Assembly (NCBI GenBank): GCA_964016885.1
Contig: OZ024743.1
Coordinates: 81,034,001-81,098,000 of the forward strand
Source of the DNA: Eledone cirrhosa
Taxonomy: Eukaryota
Direction of reading: 5' to 3'
Length of the DNA: 64,000 nt
The notes beneath the pieces are model-generated. The model had not been told where the DNA came from. It saw only the letters and a list, made by a program, of their open reading frames with translations, and searched no databases. The position numbers were made by a program, and so were the translations under genes. Of the stretch, positions 1 through 13,387 are shown one piece after another. The stretch's first letter is position 1, and each line of letters begins with the position of its first letter.

Positions 1-3000
1 AACTAGATATTATAGAGAAGTGTAAACTGGATATTATAGAGAAGTGTAAACTGGATATTATAGAGAATGGTAAACTGGATATTATAGAGAATGGTAAACT
101 AGATATTATAGAGAAGTGAAAACTGGATATTATAGAGAATGGTAAACTAGATATTATAGAGAAGTGTAAACTGGATATTATAGAGAATGGTAAACTAGAT
201 ATTATAGAGAAGTGTAAACTGGATATTATAGAGAATGGTAAACTAGATATTATAGAGAAGTGTAAACTGGATATTATAGAGAATGGTAAACTAGATATTA
301 TAGAGAATGTTAAACTAGATATTATAGAGAATGGTAAACTGGATATTATAGAGAATGGTAAACTAGATATTATAGAGAAGTGTAAACTGGATATTATAGA
401 GAATGGTAAACTAGATATTATAGAGAAGTGTAAACTGGATATTATAGAGAAGTGTAAACTGGATATTATAGAGAATGGTAAACTGGATATTATAGAGAAT
501 GGTAAACTAGATATTATAGAGAAGTGAAAACTGGATATTATAGAGAATGGTAAACTAGATATTATAGAGAAGTGTAAACTGGATATTATAGAGAATGGTA
601 AACTAGATATCATAGAGAAGTGTAAACTGGATATTATAGAGAATGGTAAACTAGATATTATAGAGAAGTGTAAAGTGGATATTATAGAGAATGGTAAACT
701 AGATATTATAGAGAATGGTAAACTGGATATTATAGAGAATGGTAAACTAGATATTATAGAGAAGTGTAAACTGGATATTATAGAGAATGGTAAACTAGAT
801 ATTATAGAGAAGTGTAAACTGGATATTATAGAGAATGGTAAACTAGATATTATAGAGAAGTGTAAACTGGATATTATAGAGAATGGTAAACTAGATATTA
901 TAGAGAATGGTAAACTGGATATTATAGAGAATGGTAAACTAGATATTATAGAGAAGTGTAAACTGGATATTATAGAGAAGTGTAAACTGGATATTATAGA
1001 GAATGGTAAACTAGATATTATAGAGAATGGTAAACTGGATATTATAGAGAATGGTAAACTAGATATTATAGAGAAGTGTAAACTGGATATTATAGAGAAT
1101 GGTAAACTAGATATTATAAGGAAGTGTAAACTGGATATTATAGAGAAGTGTAAACTAGATATTATAGAGAATGGTAAACTGGATATTATAGAGAATGGTA
1201 AACTAGATATTATAGAGAAGTGTAAACTGGATATTATAGAGAATGGTAAACTAGATATTATAGAGAAGTGTAAACTAGATATTATAGAGAAGTGTAAACT
1301 AGATATTATAGAGAATGGTAAACTGGATAATATAGAGAATGGTAAACTGGATATTATAGAGAATGGTAAACTAGATATTATAGAGAATGGTAAACTGGAT
1401 ATTATAGAGAAGTGTAAACTAGATATTATAGAGAAGTGTAAACTAGATATTATAGAGAATGGTAAACTGGATATTATAGAGAAATGTAAACTGGATATTA
1501 TAGAGAAGTGTAAACTGGATATTATAGAGAATGGTAAACTGGATATTATAGAGAATGGTAAACTGGATATTATAGAGAATGGTAAACTGGATATTATAGA
1601 GAATGGTAAACTGGATATTATAAAGAATGGTAAACTGGATATTATAGAGAATGGTAAACTGGATATTATAGAGAAGTGTAAACTGGATATTATAGAGAAT
1701 GGTAAACTGGATATTATAGAGAATGGTAAACTGGATATTATAAAGAATAGTAAACTGGATATTATAGAGAATGGTAAACTGGATATTATAGAGAATGGTA
1801 AACTAGATATTATAGAGAAGTGTAAACTGGATATTATAGAGAATGGTAAACTGGATATTATAGAGAATGGTAAACTGGATATTATAGAGAATGGTAAACT
1901 GGATATTATAGAGAATGGTAAACTGGATATTATAGAGAATGGTAAACTATATATTATAGAGAAGTGTAAACTAGATATTATAGAGAATGGTAAACTGGAT
2001 ATTATAGAGAATGGTAAACTATATATTATAGAGAATGGTAAACTAGATAATATAGAGAAGTGTAAACTAGATATTATAGAGAATGGTAAACTAGATATTA
2101 TAGAGAATGGTAAACTAGATATTATAGAGAATGGTAAACTAGATATTATAGTGAAGTGTAAACTAGATATTATAGAGAATGGTAAACTGGATATTATAGA
2201 GAAGTGTAAACTGGATATTATAGAGAATGGTAAACTGGATATTATAGAGAATGGTAAACTGGATATTATAAAGAATGGTAAACTGGATATTATAGAGAAT
2301 GGTAAACTGGATATTATAGAGAATGGTAAACTAGATATTATAGAGAAGTGTAAACTGGATATTATAGAGAATGGTAAACTGGATATTATAGAGAATGGTA
2401 AACTGGATATTATAGAGAATGGTAAACTGGATATTATAGAGAATGGTAAACTGGATATTATAGAGAATGGTAAACTATATATTATAGAGAAGTGTAAACT
2501 AGATATTATAGAGAATGGTAAACTGGATATTATAGAGAAGTGTAAACTGGATATTATAGAGAATGGTAAACTAGATATTATAGAGAAGTGTAAACTAGAT
2601 ATTATAGAGAATGGTAAACTAGATATAATAGAGAATGGTAAACTAGATATTATAGTGAATGGTAAACTAGATATTATAGAGAATGGTAAACTAGATATTA
2701 TAGAGAATGGTAAACTAGATATTATAGTGAAGTGTAAACTAGATATTATAGAGAATGGTAAACTGGATATTATAAAGAAGGGTAAACTAGATATTATAGA
2801 GAATGGTAAACTAGATATTATAGAGAATGGTAAACTAGATATTATAGAGAAGTGTAAACTAGATATTATAGAGAATGGTAAACTAGATATTATAGAGAAT
2901 GGTAAACTAGATATTATAGTGAATGGTAAACTAGATATTATAGAGAATGGTAAACTGGATATTATGAAGAATGGTAAACTAGATATTATAGAGAATGGTG

Positions 3001-4894
3001 AACTAGATATTATAAATAATGGTAAACTGGATATTATAGAGAATGGTAAACTAGATATTATAGAGATGGTAAACTAGGTATTATAGAGAATGGTAAACTA
3101 GATATTATGGAGAATGGTAAACTAGATATTATAGAGAAGTGTAAACTAGATATTATAGAGAATGGTAAACTGGATATTATAGAGAAGTGTAAACTGGATA
3201 TTATAGAGAAGTGTAAACTGGATATTATAGAGAATGGTAAACTGGATATTATAGAGAATGGTAAACTGGATATTATAGAGAATGGTAAACTGGATATTAT
3301 AGAGAAGTGTAAACTAGATATTATAGAGAAGTGTAAACTAGATATTATAGAGAAGTGTAAACTGGATATTATAGAGAATGGTAAACTAGGTATTATAGAG
3401 AATGGTCAACTAGATATTATAGAGATGGTAAACTAGATATTATAGAGAATTGTAAACTAGATATTATAGAGAATGGTAAACTGGATATTATAGAGAAGTG
3501 TAAACTAGATATTATAGAGAAGTGTAAACTGGATATTATAGAGAATGGTAAACTGGATATTATAGAGAATGGTAAACTGGATATTATAGAGAAGTGTAAA
3601 CTGGATATTATATAGAGTGGTAAACTGGATATTATAGAGAATGGTAAACTGGATATTATAAAGAATGGTAGACTGGATATTATAGAGAATGGTAAACTGG
3701 ATATTATAGAGATGGTAAACTAGGTATTATAGAGAATGGTAAACTAGATATTATGGAGAATGTTAAACTAGATATTATAGAGAATGGTAAACTAGATATT
3801 ATGGAGAATGGTAAACTAGATATTATAGAGAATGGTAAACTAGATATTATAGAGAATGGTAAACTATATATTATAGAGAATGGTAAACTAGATATTATAG
3901 AGAATGGTAAACTAGATATTATAGAGAATGGTAAACTGGATATTATAGAGAATGGTAAACTAGATATTATAGAGAATGGTAAACTAGATATTATAGAGAA
4001 TGGTAAACTAGATATTATAGAGAATGGTAAACTGGATATTATAGAGAATGGTAAACTAGATATTATAGAGAATGGTAAACTAGATATTATAGAGAATGGT
4101 AAACTGGATATTATAGAGAATGGTAAACTAGATATTATAGAGAATGATAAACTGGATATTATAGAGAATGGTAAACTGGATATTATAGAGAATGGTAAAC
4201 TAGATATTATAGAGAATGGTAAACTGGATATTATAGAGAATGGTAAACTGGATATTATAGAGAATGGTAAACTAGAGATTATAGAGAATGGTAAACTAGA
4301 TATTATAGAGAATGGTAAACTGGATATTATAGAGAGTGGTAAACTGTATATTATAAATAATGGTAAACTGGATATTATAGAGAATGATAAACTGGATATT
4401 ATAGAGATGGTATACTGGATATTATAGCGAATGGTAAACTGGATATTATAGAGAAGTGTAAACTGGATATTATAGAGAATGGTAAACTGGATATTATAGA
4501 GAATGGTAAACTGGATATTATAGAGAATTGTAAACTAGATATTATAGAGAATGGTAAACTAGATATAGAAAATGGTAAACTGGATATTATAGAGAATGGT
4601 AAACTAGATATTATAGAGAATGGTAAACTGGATATTATAGAGGATGGTAAACTAGATATTATAGAGAATGGTAAACTGGATATTATAGAGATGGTAAACT
4701 GGATATTATAGTGAATGGTAAACTAGGTATTATAGAGAATGGTAAACTGAATATTATAGAGAATGGTAAACTGGATATTATAGAGAATGATAAACTCGAT
4801 ATTATATAGATGGTAAACTGGATATTATAGAGAATGATAAACTCGATATTATAGAGGATGGTAAACTGGATATTATAGAGAATGGTAAACTGAA
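1..4894. repeat. 24-bp tandem minisatellite, consensus AAACTRGATATTATAGAGAA(TG/GT)GT(A)-type unit, about 200 copies, continuing off the left edge
   Basis: Direct 24-bp periodicity with two interleaved variants (GAATGGT / GAAGTGT). The DIIENGKL/DIIEKCKL ORFs are its translation. Confidence 0.97.
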
Positions 4895-5235
4895 TAAAAT
4901 TATTCCATGAAAATTATACTGCAGATGCTATTCCTCTTCATGTATAATGTTTCAATATTTTGTCTACACAATTTTCAAGTTTTCTATATTCTGAGTACGG
5001 TTTTATTTAGTGTAAAATGAAACGTATACGTATATACACAAATATACACACACGTGCGAGCGTTCATATAGACACACACTCACACTCACATAAATATAAA
5101 GACACAAACTCCTGCACATATACACATACATGAAAACATTAACATGCATATCCATTGATGTAAAGATATGCATATATGTATTGATATATGTAAGTATATA
5201 TGTATGTTTTTATTCATATGTGTACGTATGTATAT

Positions 5236-5435
5236 CTGGGCAATTATTATTGGCAAAACCAACCGGCAGGAGGCCCAGAGGTATACCTCGAGCAAGATGG
5301 TTGGATAACATCCATGAGCTTGGTTGATCTCACTTGGGGATCCATCCGGATGTTTTGGAGATGGTTACTTCTGACAGAACCCGCTGAAAGAAGGGTTTGA
5401 GAACTCTGACCCCACAAACCTCTCAGAAATAAGTG
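5236..5435 (+). mobile_element. 5'-truncated 3' end of an RTE-clade LINE, followed by a (GAG)n(GAA)n tail
   Basis: Translates QLLLAKPTGRRPRGIPRARWLDNI, matching the RTE C-terminal G-R-x-RGRP-x-x-RW motif. Trinucleotide tail at 5438-5549. Confidence 0.65.
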
Positions 5436-6345
5436 GGCGAGGAGGAGGAGGAGGAGGAGGAGGAAGAGAAGAAGAAGAAGAAGAAGAAGAAGAAGAAGAA
5501 GAAGAAGAAGAAGAAGAAGAAGAAGAAGAAGAAGAAGAAGAAGAAGAAGGGATATTTGAGGTACATTAATGTCACATGTCTTCTTATGCTGGTCATAAAG
5601 ACAAACACTTCATTTCCTGCCTGTAAATAGACCAGCTAGATCTCACAAAGCTCCCTAAGTCAAATGTGTGGTATTCCACTGAAGGTACAATTATTTAACA
5701 CAGCAGAAATGTAACCCTTTTAGGATCTTTACCTTCTGTGTTCATCTTCCACCAAAATCCCTCTGAGATTAATCATATAAAGTACCAGTCATGTACTGGT
5801 TCAATTTACTAGTCACTCATAATTTTCAGTATGAGACATTCTGATCGCTGTCAACATCATCATCATCATCATCATCATCATTATCATGTAACAACTGGAA
5901 CATTTATCGTCGAAACCAACGAGATCCAATCTAAATGTTTATAAATACATTATTGAATGTAGACGAGAAATCCATACAACAATGGCGGCCATGTTTATAG
6001 TTGATTATACTGCCTGATGAATCTTATAACAATAGAGATAGCAACTCTTCCGTAGTCATTGCTTTTTATACTTCAATAGGTGCATAAGAATACTCATATT
6101 TCTGACTATCCTACATTATTATCTCCCTTGAGGATAAGATGATATTAAATGTTTGATGTGGTTCGTATGACATCCCTTCCCCCCACCAACACATGTGAGT
6201 GTTGTTTTTCTGCTCCCGATATTAAACTTTGTGAATCATTAATGCAACAACAATATGGCCCGTATTGGAGAGAGGAATATCACAGTTTTTTTACTTGTGT
6301 TCTATTAAAGATTTATTGATATGGAGTGCTGAGAAATCATTATAT

Positions 6346-6372
6346 ACATACATACATACATACATACATACA

Positions 6373-6406
<34 letters not shown>

Positions 6407-6447
6407 CTTACATACATACATACATACATATATACATACATACATAC
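6346..6447. repeat. (TACA)n microsatellite at the 5' flank of the R4/Dong element
   Basis: Seen directly. Confidence 0.95.
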
Positions 6448-9400
6448 AATGGCGACCGTTGTGGTCAGTGTCCGATAATCGGACGTGTGTAATGAAGGCA
6501 ACATACCATATATTGGAAAAAGTTGAGCTACATTACACGGTAAGATTACATACAATAATTCTACATAAGTGTTTGAACTGTAAGTGTGTTGTAAAACACC
6601 TATTTATATGAACGATACATACACTTATGATATATGAACGATACATACACTTTAACATATAAATGCAACGTTGTTATATTACATTTATAAAGAAATATAC
6701 AAGTAAAGTTTTCGATTCAGAAACAAAAACATAAGTGTTTGAACTGTGAATATGTTGTGAATAAGTTGTAGAACACCTATTTATATGAATGATACATAAA
6801 CTTTAACATATAAATATAGCGTTGTTATATTATATTACATTCATAAAGAAATATACTAAATAACGGTTCTTTTTGTTCTCGATTCAAACGATTCAAGAAC
6901 AACGTTTAAAACACAGTTGTAGAATTAAAAACTAACTGAAAAGAAATAGTACCCAAGCTGTGAATAACTTTAAATTTGATTCTGACAGAACTTTGTCGAA
7001 AATTTAAAGAAGATCATCGACTATTTTGAAAAATAAATACGAAATATTAGTGAATAGACGAACTCATCATGGCAAAACGAACTAGTCTCCTTCGACCAAA
7101 TCGCAACTACAACTGTTGTATACAGTGGAGCTACGAGCTTAACAAAGAATTATATGAAGCACACAAACAATCTGAACCCCAAAAGTTCGGTTTTATGCAA
7201 AGGCTAAAAACTTTATGGAACTCCAAACACCCAGAATTAGACTTTTCTCCAAAGCATTTAAATGAACAGGCAAAACGTATCATTAGATGTAAATTGATAC
7301 ATCTAACGGAATTGAGTGATACTACAAATACAGCCCTTGTAGACAACCACCCCACCTCCACTGACAGACAAAGAGAATGGCCAGCTAAATCTAACAGTGA
7401 ACAGCTCACCAAAAATGTTGCTGAAATCCATCCCACTTCCACTGAAGAACAGCGAGAATGGTCAGCTAACTCTAGAAGTAATTGTCACCACATCAACAAC
7501 GAGGCTGAAATTCATGACTCTACTGAACAAACAGAACTCCAAAAACTTGTGGACACCTTACAAGTGATATGGGACAATATGTTTCAGGAGATACACAGCC
7601 TTAATGTGAGTGACAGACCATACAACACCAGAATCAGTAAAGAACCCACTAAATTGGAATTGGAAGCGGTGAACGAAATAGCTGGCAATTATCTGAAGGC
7701 TATACGATCTAAAGGTATAGAAACGACATTTGAAACGCTTAATATTGTGTTATATGTTTCAGCTGTCACATTGCTATCATATAACACACATCTAAAACCA
7801 CGCAATCAAGATACAAACAAAAAGCCTGAACCAGCGTGGATGCGAAATTTAAAAAGCAAAATGTTGTCCCTGAGACGAAGTATCTCACACATCGCAGTCG
7901 TTATGAAATGCAACATAGAGAGCAACTTCACACGACACCAGGAAGAACTAAAAAAAAGGTTAGAGAGACGATTTGGAGATACAAAATTTAAAACTTTGAA
8001 CTCCAAATTACACCAGTTGAAACAACAACTCACAGCTACAACAGAAAGACTAAAATATAAGTCAACAGCACATAAACGACAAGTGCTAAATAGATTGTTT
8101 GCCAGAGATCCTAAATCAGTTTATCACAGCTTCGGTGGCAAAAGCTCAATCCCTGTAAATGACACCCCTTCAAGAACAGGTTGAAAGCTACAGAAGATCT
8201 GTATGGAAAACGGATGACGGATTCAACAGACAAACTAATTGGCTAAAAGAACTGGAACAGGACTACTGCCAACATGTCCAGACAAAACAATATGACAGAG
8301 ATGGGTCAATACTGGAAACAGCTCTACAGAAAATGTCGAATAGGAAATCACCAGGCCCAGACCTCATTACAGGATACTGGTTGAAGAATTTCACTTTCTA
8401 TCGGTAGGATCTCATACGGCTATTTACAGAAAGCACTAAAGGCACACAAGAACTGCCCAGATGGTTATCAACTGCCACTACTCTCCTCATTCCCCAAAAT
8501 AGCCAAACCACCCTTGCTAAAAATTACCGCGCAATAGCCTGACAAAACATCATGTATAAATTATATACTGGGTGCCTTAACCTGTTCTTACAGGATTACT
8601 GTGCTACCAACAACATCATAACACCTGAGCAAGCTGGTGGAAAGAGGGAGGTGTGGGGTTGCATAGATCACCTACTAACTAATAAAATGATTCAGGAAAA
8701 AGCAACAAAGAATCGCAGAAACATGACTGTGGTGTGGCTGGACTGTCAATAAGCATTTGATAGTGTACCTCGTGGGTGGATTATTAAGGCTTTACAGTTA
8801 GCCAACGTCCCACAACCATTGGTAGCTGCTGTTGAACGCCTGACCAAGAACTTGTACACCAATTTGATCCTTAGAGGTGAGAAACAGCAAGTTAAGACTG
8901 AGAAGATACATTACCAGAAGGGCACCTTTCAGGGTGATAGCTTGTCAGTGCTACTCTTCGTTCTCTCACTAAATCCTCCACTATCTTACCTACTCAGGAA
9001 ACAAGGTGGACAAAGAAGTGGCTCCAGAAGTATCTCCCATCTTTTCTTTGTTGATGACCTGAAGTTGTATGGACCAAATATCAATGACATCAAGAAACAA
9101 TTGGACCTCATTACACAATTTTCAACAGACATCAAAATGAAATTTGGTGAGTCCAAGTGTGCATATTTGGCAGTAAAACGTGGAAGAGCTGTGCCCTCCT
9201 CTAGAAATCTAGAGATGAACGGCCTGACAATACAACCTCTACAGTCAGGTGACAACTACAGATATCTTGGACAGGATGAGAATGTCAGATATGATGGACC
9301 CATAAATAAGGAGAGAACCAGAACTGAATACCTCAGAAGAGTAAAGAAAATATGGTCATCTGAACTGTCAGCGTACAACACATACATTGCCCACAATACT

Positions 9401-10660
9401 TATGCTGTGCCAATTCTAACGCCAACATTTGGCATGCTGAACTGGTCATTGCAAGAACTAAGTGAGATGGACTTTAAAACTCGCAAACTTCTCCGTGTTA
9501 CTGGGAACTTTAACATCAATGGTGGTGTGGATAGGCTATACTTCTCACGCAAGGAAGGTGGGCGGGGTCTAAAATCCATATTAACAACATATGAGACCCG
9601 GATAGTAACACTGAAGCAACACCTTCAACAGAGGAAAAAGGTTGGCAACCATCTTGCCCAGGTTTATGAGCATGAAAAAATAAATATCATTAGAATAGCA
9701 ACTGATCTGGAGGAGAGATATGGAATAAAGCCTGATAAAAATCTCTCACCCAGAGAAATCGGAAGATCCTATTCAATGTTCAAACAAGATTAAGCAATTG
9801 ACCAATTTACAGAAAAATTTGTGCATGGATACTTGAGACGTAAAACACAGACCATAGAGGGGATAAACCACTCAAAAAGCCTGGCATGGAGTTCCGATAA
9901 GTTTATGACATCACACCTTGAGGGATATCTCTATGCAATACAGGAACAAGAACTCCCTACCAAATATCTGCTGCACAAAAGGGGAGGGCCAGCAGCTGAC
10001 AATAAATGTAGGCTATGTAAATCAAAGATCGACGATGTAAGCCACATTGTTGCCAGCTGCGAAAGAATGTCATCTCGCTACTACCTCCCCATGAGACACG
10101 ATGGGATAGCTAGAACCATCTGGAACGCACTTCGGAAAACAAAATTAACAACAAACGAGGAAGAATATATTGAGACAGATGGCACTAAGGAATACTGGTG
10201 GAACCTGAAAATAAAAACTGACACCAAATTAAAGCACAACCAGCCTGATAATGATGTCTGGGACCACACATTGAAAACGTGTCCTGTTGTGGAGATCAGC
10301 TGCCCACTTGATGTAAACGTTGTCAGAAAAATACAGGAGAAGGAGGACATATACGGACCATTGATGAGGAGTTTACAAATCCAGTATCCAAGATACACCT
10401 TTAGCTTCATACCCATCATTATTGGAGCTACGGTTTATATACCAACCCGCTTGGACCAAAGTATGACTGAACTTGGATTTGCGGACAAAAAGCGCAGCTC
10501 CCTAATTCATAGTCTACAAATGGCTGCAACAGATGGCACCTTCAAAATTTGCAAAACATTCTTGCGATTCAAGGGATGACAATTTCTTTTCTTTTACAAC
10601 CTTGCCACCAGGAAGGTGGCCGGTCAAAAAAATATACTCGAAATTAAGAGAAAGAGATGA
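6448..10660 (+). mobile_element. Near full-length R4/Dong-like non-LTR retrotransposon (RT + CCHC finger + restriction-like endonuclease), decayed
   Basis: RT motifs KSPGPD, NYRAIA, QAGGK, GTFQGDSLS, HLFFVDDLKLY and YRYLG, then RLYFSRKEGGRGL, HGYL, AIQEQE, CRLC..H..SC, RHD and PD..EISCP..K..Y. Both sides are flanked by TACA/CA repeats. Confidence 0.9.
7069..10579 (+). pseudogene. Single long RT-RLE ORF of the R4/Dong element, broken by a frameshift (~8170) and several in-frame stops
   Basis: Collinear ORF pieces 7069-8184, 8159-8407, 8552-8752, 8819-9793 and 9821-10579 assemble into one RT-RLE protein. Confidence 0.88.
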
Positions 10661-10681
10661 CATATATACACGTATATACAT

Positions 10682-10845
<164 letters not shown>

Positions 10846-10916
10846 GTGTGTAAATACATACATATACGCATACTTACATATATACATACATGCATACATA
10901 ATTACATTTACATACA

Positions 10917-11095
10917 TGATGGCTGCAAACTCTGCTAAGAGTATTGCAATCACTTGTCAGATTACAGGAAATGGTGCAACTCTAGGCTACGGCCAGCCAC
11001 ACGAACATGTAACATAACCCGAACAAGCAATGCCTGTGCTTTGATGGTTTTTAAGTGGGGAGAGGCCTTGCACTCGACCAATCCCACTCTCTGAG
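10917..11095 (-). mobile_element. Short repeat distantly related to the 20216/57532 family (RTE-like 3' tail ...GCAGCCATCAT)
   Basis: Shares ATGGCTGC, AAGCAATGCCTGTGC and CCCACTCTCT with 20216-20562. Confidence 0.4.
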
Positions 11096-12060
11096 CATCA
11101 AAAACACACACCCAGGGAAATTGCCCAGCAATACCGCAGTGAATCCATGGATGAAAAACTGCATGCCTATCAGCAAAAACCCATGCATGGATATATAGCC
11201 AGGAAGCTCCAGAGTTAGAGTAATATAGATAAGGAAAGTAGTCTATCTTGGACCAACAACCGCTATATTGGCTCCCACTTTGAAGGATATGATTTCGCAA
11301 AACAAGAACAGGAAATCAACACAAAATAGCTGATTCACAAAAGAGATAGGGATGCAGACAAACACCTAGATGTGACAAGAGCAGACTCTGCAGAATTAAC
11401 ATCGAAGATGTCACCCATGTCATCAGCAGCTCTTCAAAGTTGTCATCGCGGTACTATCTACCTATGAGGCATGATGTAGTGACCAAAACACTGTACAATG
11501 CAATCCGTAGAAAAGATAGTCCCGATAATAAACACATTAAACGTTACAGCAATGTGGAAGACATACATATACATAATATGAAAGCGTACTGGTGAAATGT
11601 TCCAGTAAAAACCCAATAAAATGCAGGCATAACAGACCAGATATTATGATATGGGACATGGAAAAGAAGGCATGCACAGTAGTGGAAGTTAGCTGCCCAG
11701 CAGATAACAATATAATATCAAAGGTTAGTGAAAAGGAGAATGTTTATGCAGAACTGGTGAGAAATCTGCAGATACTCCATCCTGATTATACCTTCAGATT
11801 TATGCCTGTGATTATTGGGGCACTGGGGTATGTTAGTAATTGCCTCAATACAAATCTTGAGAAGCTAGGCTTCACAGGAACAGAAAGAACACAACTAGTT
11901 AGGAAATTACAAGTACAATCCATTAATGGAACAGTAAAAATATGTAAAACATTCCAAAAATTCTGCATCTAATAACTGCATATACACATGTACATATACA
12001 AAGCATTTGTATATGTACACATACAACTCAAAACATCCACATCCACACATACATACTTAC
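11096..12060 (+). mobile_element. 5'-truncated copy of a second R4/Dong family (RLE domain and 3' UTR)
   Basis: Motifs PREIAQQY, MHGYI, HFEGY..QEQEINTK, RYYLPMRHD, HNRPDIMIWD..VEVSCP and PVIIGALG..KICKTF are homologous to 9821-10579 but clearly divergent. Confidence 0.85.
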
Positions 12061-12095
12061 CTGCACAGAAGGTAGACTGTCCATATCTCCGTCGT

Positions 12096-12223
<128 letters not shown>

Positions 12224-12444
12224 AGTAAGGTTTCTAGGATGCGACCATAGGCGGTATGCCGGTTGAGCACTCTATGCTCCTTCAGAGCAGAGTATAATAT
12301 GGAAAACGAAGAATCAGTGATTCATCGGAACTCAATTTATTATGAATTACAATTGTTTCTCCGATGAGGTACGATCTGTTTGAGGGTCTGTTTATATATA
12401 TATAGAGAGAGAAGTAGTAACACAACAGTTAGTTCACAAAACCG

Positions 12445-12481
12445 CGAACAATTATTTCACCTTATTCGGATCTTCAGCTCG
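12445..12481 (-). ncRNA. Degenerate minimal type I hammerhead motif
   Basis: Minus strand reads cgag-CTGAAGA-tcc gaataa ggt-GAAA-taat-TG-ttcg. The cleavage-site nucleotide is G, which is non-canonical. Confidence 0.45.
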
Positions 12482-12609
12482 GACTGGTCATGGTTATACG
12501 GAACAGGAAGAACGTCGTGTTACTACTTCTACCAAACTCGTCCCATGGGCTGACTGCTCTACCACTACGGATATTACTTTCCAGTGTTCTACCTCTTTCT
12601 ACCCCCCCC

Positions 12610-12667
<58 letters not shown>

Positions 12668-13387
12668 GAAAATAAAATAAAAATATTTAACAAGCAAATG
12701 AAACGTATATTCTATTTGTTTATAATTTGAGGATAAACAATTTATTTCGTTTAGCGTCCATTAAAAACTACCGACATCACCACCACAAACGACTCCCTAT
12801 TTCTTTCTTCCTCTTTCTCTCTCTCTCTCATCTCATGTACACACTCTTAAAATTCCCTTTCAATAAGACGAGAGATTGAAAAATAAATTAAACATGTCTG
12901 CTGCCACCACAATCACTAATACTGTCACCGCTTACTTCCCCTCATTTCTACCACTCTATCTCCCACTCTCTCTCCCATCTCCCCCACTCTCCATCTCTCT
13001 CATATCACTCTCTGTCACATCTATCCCACCTTCGCTCTCCCACACTCGCATCTCCCACACACTCTCCCACCCTCCCGCACAATCTCTCTCTCCCTCTCTC
13101 TCCAATCTTTCACACTCCATCTCTCCCCTCTCCCCTTATATCTCCCCTCTCCCCCTCCTCTCTCTCTCACACACACATACACATACTCTTACCATCCCCT
13201 TCTACAGAGTGACAGACGTTTTATGCCGCAGATACAACAATTTTAATACAACAGATTTAATATTTCAGTCCAAGTAAACTAAAAGCAATGTGGTGAAGGG
13301 AGACCAAGGAAGAAAGCGCGATAAAGAACAATGGCTATTCTCCCTTATTACTGGTCAATGGCTGCCACTAAGAGATCGTCGGTTTCT

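Noticed and set aside
675-4427. 800-aa, 109-aa and 224-aa DIIENGKL repeat ORFs
   Set aside because: These are translations of a 24-bp satellite, with no unique termini and frameshifts inside the array.
6005-6062. CTGATGA at ~6014 as a hammerhead
   Set aside because: There is no GAAA at a suitable position (only GCAA) and no stem I pairing.
6448-6560. HDV-like ribozyme at the R4 element 5' end
   Set aside because: Only simple hairpins were found, with no P1/P1.1/L3 nested pseudoknot pattern by eye.
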